NCBI GenBank assembly: GCA_002104945.1
Contig: MCFH01000181.1
Span: 1-20,896, forward strand
Source of the DNA: Piromyces finnis finn
Lineage: Eukaryota; Fungi; Neocallimastigomycota
Direction: 5' to 3'
DNA length: 20,896 nucleotides
The translations under genes were made by a program, and so were the position numbers. Positions 1 to 11,389 of the stretch are shown one piece after another. Each line of letters starts with the position of its first letter. The stretch's first letter is position 1. A model generated the notes under the pieces. The model was not told where the DNA came from and made no database searches. It was given only the letters and a program-made list of their open reading frames with translations.

Positions 1-2519
1 TTATTTAGTTATTATTTACTCATTCATTTATTTATAAAATGAATTTTTACCATTTTTAGTAAATTTCTTTTTTTTTTTTTAGTATTGCCCCAAACTAAAT
101 TTACCATGAAAAAATGCCTAAAAATTAAAAAATGACCATTGAATTTGGCAGAAAATATAAATGAAAAAAGTATCGCCAAAAATGATATTTTAAAAAATAA
201 AGTATTAATGAAATATTAAATAACATTAAATCTTATTATGCTTTACTTATTCATTCATTTGAAATCTTGTTCTTTAAAAGTTATTATTTAAAAGCATTAA
301 ATTTATAAATATTTATTTACATTTATTCATTTACTTTAATTAGCATTTATTTATTCTTTCATTTAATTTTAAATTTGTTATGTAATGTGATATATATTAT
401 AGTATATTTTAATATATTATAAAATGCCATGTTTTGATTAAATTTAAATTTTTAAATTATAAACTTTGGTTAAATGGTTCATATATATTCCAATTTATTA
501 ATTAATATATTGGTCAATTTAATAAATAATGTATTTAATATATTAAATATATAATCTAATATAAATAAATATTACTAATTACTAATATATTAATAATATA
601 TACAATAGTATTAAATGTATTTATATTATAATTTATTGTAATTTAAACTATAATTCAATTCCATTATATATTATTTATTGTTTTAATTAAATTTAATTCA
701 TTAAAGTGTCAAAAAAAAAAGTATTTTTGTTTTTTGTTCTAAAAGGCCTGAAAAGTAGTAAATAAAAAAAAAAGAAATATTATATATTTTTAGGATGAAA
801 GGACACCTACATACTAAATTCATTATACTGTTAGTGATATAATTTTTATAATTTTTTTTTGAGAATTTTCTACCTTTCAAAGGAACTTTTGTTAAATGGA
901 GAAGAATTTAATTTTTTTTTAAAAATTCTTTAATAAAAGTTTAATTAAATTTTAAAAATTAAAAAAATTAAATTTTAATTATGGCTTATTATATTAAAAT
1001 ATAATAACAAATGGATTAAATATTATAAACACTAATTGTTAAAAGTGGCAAATTAAAAATTAAATAATTACGGTTTTTTTAATTTCTTTAAAGAAATTGC
1101 CGCTTTGTTATTGAGAATATTAAAAAAATTGTCCAAAAAAAGTGACTTTTTACCTTTTTTTGAAGATGAAGAAAAAACCAAAAAAAACCAAAAAAAAAAA
1201 AAAAAAAAAAACTAAAATGCAAAGCAAACAAATTATAAAAGCAAAAAGTGTAGTAAAAGTATTTTATTTATATAAACCTTTTGTTCATAATAATTCTATA
1301 ATTATAAATGTTTGTTTATGATAAAGTTAAAATAATTTTGAGGCAAGAAAATTTGTCATGAATTCTTTTAAAGATGCTGAATTTTTTTTTTTTTTTTATT
1401 ATTTAAATAGTAAACTTTATTTATTATAAAAATTTTGATGATGAGGATTTACATCAAAAAAAAATTTTTTTTTCTTTATTTTTCCCTTTCTTTTTTTATT
1501 AATAAAAAAAAAAAAAAATCTTTTTTTTTTCTTTAAATTGTTGATTATAAAAAAGTGAACATTTTATTCGTTATTTTAATAAGAATAACGGAAATAACAG
1601 CAATATTTATATAATAATATTTATATATAGTTGTAAATAAATAAAGCAATTTAATTATTTAAAAAGAAATACTATTACTATCACGCATTCACCTTTTAAA
1701 ATATAGGTATATCTATTCTGAAAAGAAGGCAAGAAAAAAAAAAAAAGTAAATGTTTATTCATTGATGATAAAAATAAATAAATAAATAAACGATACAAAT
1801 AATAATAATAATAATAAAGATAAAGAAAAAGAGAAAGTTTATTATAAAATATTATTCAAATTCAACACAACAATATAAATTACAGCAAAGTAAAATTCAC
1901 CATTATAATATTATTAATTCTTGATTTTTTTTTAAAAAAAATAAAAATTAGTAAAAAAAAAATAATAATAATAATTTGGAAACATTCAACAAGTATAATT
2001 GAATTTGGAAAGAGAAAAATTTAAATTTATTTAAATAAAAACCAATATAATTTTGACTAAATGATAATATCTTTAGTCCTATAATAAATAGTATAATAAT
2101 TGATTAGGAAAGAAAAACTAAAATATTTATTATATTTTATTAAAAATTAATTATTAACTATATTTATTTAATAATTTTACTTTAATATAACAAATATAAA
2201 AAAAAATAAGAATATTGGAAATGATAATAGTGGAATAATAATAAGATTTTAGAGAAAGAAAAACTTGAAATAAATATATGAGTGTTGAAAGTAGATTAAT
2301 TATAATAAAATTTTAACTAAACCAATAAATACTATAGAAAGAGAAAGTGGAGTGGAATCATAAAAAGTGATAAGAATAAGAATAAATAATAAATAAGAAT
2401 AAAATTAACATATATCAAATCAAAAATCTAGTAGAATTCAACTTGACATATTTTACCAATATATAAATTTGGAAAATAATTATATATCTATTTTTTTTTA
2501 AAAAAAAAAAAAAGTAAAA

Positions 2520-3815
2520 ATGGAAAATAATAATAATAATATCGGTAATTTTAAGTAAAAGAACAATAGAATTAAATATATTTTCTCATTTGTGTGAAAG
2601 ATATATTTAAATTTATTTGTTTCTTTATATAGATTTCGATATGTATTTAAATATTTTTACTAAGTGAAATATTATATATTTTTTTTTTAATATTTAACCA
2701 TTATATATATATATAATATTATATAAAATATTTTTCTTTAAATAAAAAAAAAAAGGATTCATTGGTAGTGAAGGTACCAATCAATATAGTAACCCATATC
2801 AAAGTGATTTATATTCTCAACCAAGTATTAAACGTAAAGCAAAAGAAATTGCTGAGGAAAATAAAAGAGCTTCACAACAATATTTAAATCATTCACCAAA
2901 AATTAGTGCAGAAGCAATAAATCAAAACGATATAACTAATTTAAATTCAATTATTGATTCTAATCATAGTATCGCTGCAGAACCTATTGAAAGTAATAAT
3001 CCTCCTGTTGTTAATAAACCTAAAAATATAAAAAATCCAACAAAATGGGTCATGATGAAAATAAAAGTTCAAAAGCTTTCCTTCTTGCAGACGGTGCCAC
3101 CACAATACCAATTCATGACGATGAAGAAAAATCCATGAAACCACCAAGAAAAAGTACCGTATGTTGTTTATGTTGTCCATTATGGTTATGTGTTAGTATA
3201 ACAGTAGCTATTTTAATCTTTATTGGTGTCATGGTATTAATCTTTTGGCCAAAAATTCCAAATGTTGATATTGCTGAAATTCAATTATCAAGTGTAAAGG
3301 AAGGAAAAAGCCCTATTCGTTATGAAATTCCTTCAGCAATTAATGAAAATAAGGGTGGTGTAGAAATTGATTTGGATATTAATGTTAATGTCAAGAATGA
3401 CAACTTTTATAATTTATATGTACATAGTTTAGATACCAGAATTTTCCTTCAAACTGCTAATCTTGAAAAGACTTTAGTAGGAAAAGGTGGCCAAAAAGAT
3501 TTAAAATTCGAAAATCATTCCACTACAAAATTTACACTTCCTGTAACAATTGGTTACTATGTTAATGATGTTTTAAAGGATAAAGCTTTAACCTATTTAT
3601 TAAAAGCTTGTTCCTATCAAGAAACTATTGAAATTCAATATGAAGTTGATATTGGTATTTATATTATTGATCTTGTCTACAGTCCAACTTATAAGGGTAG
3701 GGTCTCTTTCCAATGCCCAAGAAGTGATTTACAAGATGGTAGTCTTGAAAATGTTTTAATGGGTGATATCTATTCAAGTATTAATGACTACTTTTCAAAT
3801 TTTGCCGGTATTTAG
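2520..3815 (+). CDS. LEA_2 (NDR1/HIN1-like) single-pass type II membrane protein, 2 exons, about 361 aa after correcting one -1 indel
   Basis: Exon 1 is 2520-2544 (MENNNNNI, phase 1, GTAATT donor), the intron is 2545-2755 (ends AAAAG) and exon 2 is 2756-3815. Exon 2 reads GFIGSEGTNQYSNPYQ...NKPKNI in one frame. One extra A in the A6 run at 3030-3035 joins it to ORF 3045-3815. That ORF has a Cys cluster (VCCLCCPLWLC), a hydrophobic helix (VSITVAILIFIGVMVLIFWP), then a beta-rich LEA_2-like domain (INVNVKNDNFYNLYVHSLDTRIF...VGKG...F.LPVTIGY) and a KAC...FQCP Cys pair. Family assignment is by motif recognition, not by search. Confidence 0.72.
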
Positions 3816-4434
3816 GTGTAAATGAGAAAGGAAAAAAAAAAAAAGAGGGGGAATAAAATAAAAAAATACCTATGAAACTTTATCTTTTTCATTCCCGTTT
3901 TAAAACTATATAAATATACGTATTGAACATGAGGGTGACTTTTTTTTTTTTTTTTTTTTTTACATAATTATATATGATTCATTTTATTATGTAGTTATTA
4001 TTAATGAATGGTATTGATATACCTCTTTTTTTTTTTAAAAAAAAAAAAAATATTAGTTTTCGTTTATAAATATTTATAAAATTATAAAATTGTTTTTGTT
4101 TATATATTTTTAAATTACCATAGATATAAATGATAAATTACTTATATCTATTATATCTTTTAAAAAAAATAAACATTTTTTTATATATATTCTACACTAT
4201 TTATGTAACTAAATAAAGGAAAAGAAAAAAAATAAATAAATAAAACCGTTTCTTCTATTTTAATTTTAAAATATATTACTTTATTGTTGGAGGAATATAA
4301 CATTAAACACTTTGAAAAAAAAAAAAAAAAAGCACTCCTTTCGTTTAACATCATTTTTTTTTTTTTAAACAAACAAGAATAAATATTCAACATGAAATAT
4401 TTATTATTATTTAAAAAAAAAAAAAAAAAAATAA

Positions 4435-4665
<231 letters not shown>

Positions 4666-5063
4666 TTATTTATTTATTTATTTATATAAATAACACCATA
4701 TTTATACTTTATAATTATTCTTTTTTTTTTTTTTTTCAATAATAATATTATATCATTATTTCAATTCTATTTTTATTTAAATATTATTAATAATAATTGA
4801 AAAAACAAGCAAACAAGCAATTGTTTTATAATTATTAATTAATAAATTTAATAATAATATTTCAATAATGAAACTATAGAATAAAAAAAAACAATAATAA
4901 TATTATTATTAATTTGATTTAATAAAGATTCAGTCATTTATTGAAAAATTAGAGCTGTTTTTTTTTTTTTTTCTTTTAATTATTTTTATACCATACTATT
5001 GTGTAATACGATATAAAAATAATTAAAAACTAGTGATGTTATTAAACGTGTGTGTTGCTATAG

Positions 5064-5131
5064 TATTCATTCCAATAACACTCATTAAATAATACTCATT
5101 CCGTGTAATCTAAATGTTTCCTATTCATTCT
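5064..5131 (+). promoter_or_regulatory. Three TAYTCATTCY motifs (CATTCY core) at 29-bp spacing; candidate TEA/ATTS-type sites
   Basis: TATTCATTCC 5064-5073, TACTCATTCC 5093-5102, TATTCATTCT 5122-5131. The last ends 141 bp before the ATG at 5272. Function is inferred only from the match to the AbaA/Tec1 consensus CATTCY. Confidence 0.35.
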
Positions 5132-5271
5132 TTTTTCGACCAATTTAATGACCATTTTATAACCATTTTCTGTAAAAAAAATTTTTTTGATTTACTTTAT
5201 TTAAAGAGAAAAAAATAATTATTAAAAAAATTATAGTCAAATAGTTTTTTTCTTTTATCTTTATATTTTGA

Positions 5272-5969
5272 ATGATGTTTGATATGTTTAATATGTTTAA
5301 TAATTATCATACTGATGATAGCGATAATAATCCTGAGCTGTGTTTATTTATTCAAAGAAATGATTTTAATGGATTCAAAAATTATATTGAAACAAAAAAA
5401 GTCAATTTATATGGTATGAACGCTACCAATCCTGAAAAAAAAATGTTTATAGCATTTGATATTCCAATTTTTGATATATTAATATATGCTATAAAGAATA
5501 ATGCTTTTTTGGATATTATAAAATATATTATTGAAAAAACACCATATACTGAATTAAACTATGGAGTAAAAGAACACCATAAATCGTTTAAAATACCACT
5601 TTTCGAAGCAATAGCTAAAAATAATTTTAAAATAGCCGATTTATTAATAGAAAAGGGAGCCGATTTAAACTATGAATATTACCGAAGCTGGTGTAAAGTA
5701 GATGATATCTGGGACTATGTTTTCAGATATTGTGGTCGTACTGATCAAGATACGAATTAGATTATTATCATTATGTGAATGCTGATGTCTTTAATTATTT
5801 ACGTGAATTTGATTGTCTTAATAATGAAAACTACAAGTATTTAGAGAAAAAAGGATTAAGCTTAGAAATATCCTATAATCAATATTTAGATGACAAACGT
5901 AAAGAAATCGAAGAAAGAGAAAAAAGAAGAATAGATTTAATCAACAAATATTTTACTCCAAGAAAATAA
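5272..5969 (+). CDS. Intronless ankyrin-repeat-like protein, about 232 aa after correcting one -1 indel
   Basis: ORF 5272-5760 contains FDILIYAIKNNAFLDIIKYIIE and IPLFEAIAKNNFKIADLLIEKGADLNY (ankyrin PL..A......IA.LLI..GAD.N signature). One added base at about 5756-5758 joins it to the frame ending at TAA 5969 (LDYYHYVNADVFNYLREFDCLNNENYKYLEKKG...FTPRK). It resembles the ankyrin family I recall as expanded in anaerobic gut fungi. Confidence 0.75.
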
Positions 5970-7694
5970 AATATATTTATATAAAATTTTTTTTTTTTTA
6001 AAAAAATAATCTCTATTGTAATAAAGTTTTGTAATAATGAAATTGTATATTACATTGAAATTTCAAAAGGGAATCAAGTTATTAAAATTTGACCAAAATA
6101 CTTTTGTATCCATATTATTTTTGGGATTTCAATAAATTAATTGAATTCCAAAAAACTTTAAATATCACAAAAAATAAAATTAACTAAATTACATAAAGAA
6201 GCAAGAAAATGTAATATAGTTGTAAAAAATAAAAAAAAATGAAATACAAAGATAATTATTACTTTAATAGAATTACCAAAAAAAAAAAAAAAAAGAAAAA
6301 GAAAGAAAGAAAAGAAATTTAGAAAAATCTTAATTTTTCTATCTTTCTGTATTCTATCATTAATCATTTATAGATTTAAAATGATAAATAATGATATAGA
6401 TTAAAATAGAAAAAAAGAAAATAATTCGTAAAGATTATTTATTTAAGCATTATAAAGATTTTAATTATTTATATCTATTATTTAATAGTTAAATTGAAAT
6501 TTAAAAAATATTATTTATATATAATAATGTCTATTACTTTTTTTTTGATACAGTAAAATAGCAGTAGTATGTAATAATTATTAATTTAAAAAAAAGTTAT
6601 TCCTTTATCATTTATTATTAAACTTTATATTTGAAGAGTTGTATTCATCATCTGCTTTTTTATATATATACAAGATATAACCAATTATAATCTTAGAGTT
6701 GTATTATAAATTATTATATAACTACAACTAATTATACATTAAACCTGAAAAAATTAATATACTTTTTAATTGTTTAAAAAATAAATAAAAAAGTCTAGAT
6801 TTTTAAAGAATTTCAAAAAATCGATAATGGTTATGATAATCATGAATAGAATTAATTATTTGAGTTATATAATCACAATTTAAATTATTATAAACTTGCT
6901 CTCTTTAATACGGATTATTCCTTCAATAAATATAACTATGAATATTTAAAAAAATAAAGAATCTCAATTAGATCTATCATAGAGTTAATGCACTGTTGAA
7001 GAAGTCAAAGACAGGAAAAACAAACACAATGAAAAGTTAAATATATTCTAAAATAATGTAACAGATTTTAAAATAATGTAACATAAATAATACAAGATTA
7101 TTATTATTGTATCATTGTGTTACCAAAGTAATAATGAACAAATTATTCATTTTATATGGATCATCCATAGTATCGTCATATCATGTGACAATACATTATA
7201 TGGGTTACAAGTTTAAAGAAATAAGTATTTGTTTTATATAAAGCAAGACAAATGTTATTATTTGTAATTTGGAAATATATAAAGAATGTTAAGTAAATTG
7301 AGAGTCATAAATTCTATATATAAATATAGTGGATTTCTGTAAATAAATATTAAATAATGAATAAACTTAAATATGATATATCTTAAATATAAAAGAATAA
7401 CTAATTTGTTCAATCGAAAGTCATTTTACATTCTATATGAATAATATTAAAAAAAAAAAAGAGATGAAGTTTCATTTTTAATAAAATTCAACTATGTTAA
7501 ATATGCAATGCTAGATAAAAAGAAATTGACACACTGTACAGTAATATATTATTCAAAAAAAATATTATTTACCTTTATATATTTTAATTATTATAATACC
7601 AACTATTAAATATAATATTGAAAACAATTTAGTAATTGATCTTGAAATTGAAACAAACAAACAAAAAAAAGTAAAAACGTAATGAGAAATTAAG

Positions 7695-7725
<31 letters not shown>

Positions 7726-9306
7726 ATTATTTCATGGAATATTCAATTTATTAATCAATTTTATTAATTCAAATATTTCTTAAAATAGGATAAAGTTTTT
7801 TTTTTTTTTCTTAAGTACTAAAATATTAATTTATTAGAATGATCCTAATAATTATTTTAAGGAAAGTGTATACTTGATTACTTTTTTTACTAGATTCAGT
7901 CTATCTTACAGAAGTTTTGACATAATTGTTTGACTTATTAAATGGATAATTTAATCCTATCCTTTTTAAATTATTAAATAATTACTACTTGAAATATTAT
8001 AATTATCTTTGGGGTTAAAATCCATATCAACTGTATATACATATATAAGATATATTATTATTTAATAATGTAATTATTAATATTCTTAAATATTGTTTAT
8101 TACCATATACTGTATTATTATAAAATATCATATTAATGTAATATGTAATACAATATTGTACATTAATTTTTTATTTAAAAAATGTAACATCTTTTAAATT
8201 ATTGTAAAACCTAAAAATTAATAAATTTTTTTATTTATATTATTGGATTTAGATATCAATTAATAAATTAAATAAGTAATATATTACAATAATTATAATA
8301 TATTGCAGTATATTTCCTTTTTTTTTTTTTAATAATCGGATTTAATATTTTTAATTTTTCAAAAACCAAATCGTCGGAGAAGAGGAAAAGGGTTAAAAAA
8401 GTTTTTTTTATAAAGTAGTAGTAGTAGTAATAATAAAATAGTTTAATAAGGATAATATCATTTATATACTAATTTTAATTTCATTTTATTGAACAACTTT
8501 TTTTTTTTTTTTAAAAAATGTTATTACCGAGTAAAGTTCATTTCCTGTACATAACTTTAAAACTGTAATCATACAAGAAAGTTATCTTGATATAAATAGT
8601 AAAGTAATGACTCCTTTTTTTTTATATTTTCATTTTTAGTTTTAATGAATTTGAACATAAAATTAGGTTGTAGCAGCAATTATTTTATTTTATACCATTT
8701 AAATAATACTTTTACAAGTTGTAAAGAAATGTGATATTTAAATAATCAATTATTGGGTACAAGTAGTTATAATATCCTAATATATGATACACTTTTATTA
8801 TAAAAAGTTATTGCAGTTATTTTCTCTTTCACCCTTCTTTTTTTTATTCTTTTTCATCAAAGCAATTTTTTTTTTAATTATATTATTATAATATTTAAAA
8901 GTATAATAATTAATAATTAACAATAATATTATAAAAAAAGTTTATTAAGTTAATCTTTAAAAGTCCATAAAGAAATAAAGTGAAGAAAGTATTTAAAAAG
9001 CTATTATTTATTTTTTTGATAACGGTAATTAATTCACTTTTTTTTTTTTCTTTATCATTATCTTATATAATAATTACTTTTTTTTTTTTATGGATTATTA
9101 AATAATATATTATTAAATCTATTTCATTTTTTTAACTTTATAATACTCTTTATTCACATAGAATAAAATATATTTATAATATAAGAGATACACTTTTTTT
9201 TTTTTTTACTTGTCTTCTCCATCACCACCATAATTTTGTAGATAACAAACTTTTTATTATTTTTTTTATTAAAATTTTTATTATAAATTAATTAATATAA
9301 AGAAAA

Positions 9307-9343
<37 letters not shown>

Positions 9344-9784
9344 AATAAAAGTAATTTTTTTCTTATTATTAATAATTAAATTGAAATTGAAATTTCTTTT
9401 TATATTTACTTGTTATAATTAAGAAAGAAAAGAAAGAAAACAAACCAAAAAAAAATAAAAAACAAAAAAAAAAAAAAAACAAAATAAAAATAAAAACTTT
9501 TTTTTCTTTTCTTTACTTTTTTTTTTTATTTTTTTTTTTTAAAGATTTATTGTTTTCTTATAATTTTTTTTTAATATATTAAAATCACATTATCATCTTA
9601 ATTGAACATATAATATAAAAAAGGATTGGAAATAAATAAATATATATAAAAAAATAAATAAAGCAAGTAAAAAAACAAAACAAAACAAAACAAAATAAAA
9701 AAAATAACAAAAAAAAAAAAAAAAACAAAGAGAGAAAGAGGAATTAAAAACATATATTAATTATAATAACAATATTAGTTATTC

Positions 9785-9980
9785 CTGAATTAAAAGATAT
9801 TTAATATTTCTTTTATTGATTGTATCATTTAATAATATTAAGAATATCAATATTAATAATCAGCTATAACTTTTTTTTAATCCATATTAATTAATATTCA
9901 TTTATCATAATACCAATTCATATTTTAAATATTGTAAATTCTTTTGAATAAAGAACATCAAAATTATCCATTAATTCGTA
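9785..9980 (-). pseudogene. Possible degraded paralogue of the ankyrin-like gene at 5272
   Basis: Colinear minus-strand fragments: YELMDNFDVLYS (9980-9945), TAT GGA (YG, 9886-9881), ATAGCTGATTATTAATA (9867-9851; compare ATAGCCGATTTATTAATA = IADLLI at 5632-5649) and NKRNIKYLL (9817-9791; compare NNENYKYL). Spacing is compressed, there are stops, and the background is low-complexity. Confidence 0.3.
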
Positions 9981-11389
9981 AAAACATTTCAATTATTAAT
10001 AAATATAATACTATTTTAATTTTATCAATTAAATTCACATTTATAATTTGACACCATCAATTAACTAAATAATATAATATATGTTAATTGTAATTTTGTT
10101 TTTATTTTTGAAGAATAATTTATATAGATTAAAAAATATATAAATTTTATTGAAAAAATAATAAATATTATTTAAGTTACGTTTTTTTTTTTCAATAAAA
10201 AAATAGAAGGTAAAATTATTAAAGAAAAAAGCAATTTTAAGTGATTTATATATAATTTACAAGACTTTTCATTTTAAAAGATATTCTTAGTAACGTAACA
10301 AATCTTTTTTTTTTATTTTGTAAATCAAAATTGATTATAGTAGCACTCAATAAAATAATAGAAGAAAAGGTTTGTATTATATAAGTTATTAAATCCTTTT
10401 ATTTAATTGTATAGTATTAATTCATAATAATAAATTTATTTTTTTTTTGTATTCAATTTTTAGAATGTAAGTAGTATTTAATATTTTCTAAAGTATTTGA
10501 TGATGCCTATTTTATTTTCTATTTCAAAAATATTTAAAAGATTGCGTATTAATATAAATTAAGGACATTAATTGTAATTATGAAATTTGATAAAGTAATA
10601 AAATATTTTAAGATATTAATGACAGCAATAATAATTAAACATTTCCATTTATGTTAATAAAAATAAACAACAATATTTATTAATTTAATTCTTATTTTTT
10701 ATATTTAATAAATATATATATTTATTATGAAATACAAATCTAGTTCAAATGTCAATTTTACTTTCAGTCTGTAATTTAATCAATATATATTTATTTTACC
10801 AAACATTGGTTTTATAAAATATATACATATTTGTTTATATTTATAATGTTTATAAATCATAAAATTTATTAAATGTTTTCAAAATCTGTTAAGGAAAAAA
10901 CAATGTTGAATTTAAAATAGAAAATAAATAGACAATCTATATTAAACACTTTTATTTATATAATACTAAATAATAATTTTTTTTATTTATGTATAACTCT
11001 TTAAATAATGTACAAAGTATTTCAATATTCAATATATTTAAGTATCTGTTATTTCACATCATACAATCCCATTATAGTAGGTATTCTCTCTTTTTATATA
11101 ATTTATAATACCTATTTTCAATTTAATTAATAGATTAAAAAGGAAAAAGTATATAGACAATTTAAAGAATATTTTACTTTTGACAGTTTTAAATTAAAAA
11201 AAAAAAAATTAAAGTAAAACAAGCAGTGAACATACTAATAATAAAAAAATGTTTTATTATATTTATAAAACAAAGAAAAAACCTTAATAATAAAGATAGT
11301 TAAACAGCAATAAAGTCAAAGTTTAACAACAACTGAAAACAAATTACACACACATATTATAGTAAATTAAAATTGTAAAGAAAGGAAAA

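Noticed and set aside
2947-3180. 77-aa minus-strand ORF
   Set aside because: Antisense shadow of LEA_2 exon 2; no independent motif.
4181-4393. 70-aa minus-strand ORF
   Set aside because: Built from poly-A/T tracts (FFFF, KKKK); low-complexity chance ORF.
6158-6367. 69-aa minus-strand ORF
   Set aside because: Phe-rich translation of an A-rich tract; no coding signature.
6635-6729. AGAGTTGTATT twice, 60 bp apart, plus an inverted TACAACT
   Set aside because: Short matches with unrelated spacers; no element ends or target-site duplication; plausible by chance at this composition.
7059-7093. 15-bp direct repeat TAAAATAATGTAACA with a 5-nt spacer
   Set aside because: Simple local slippage duplication with only two copies.
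10460-10472. TTTTAG|AAT|GTAAGT micro-exon or split start codon AT|G for VAC8
   Set aside because: Splicing to the acceptor at 11384 gives an ATG out of frame with VAC8, and the intron would be far longer than others here.
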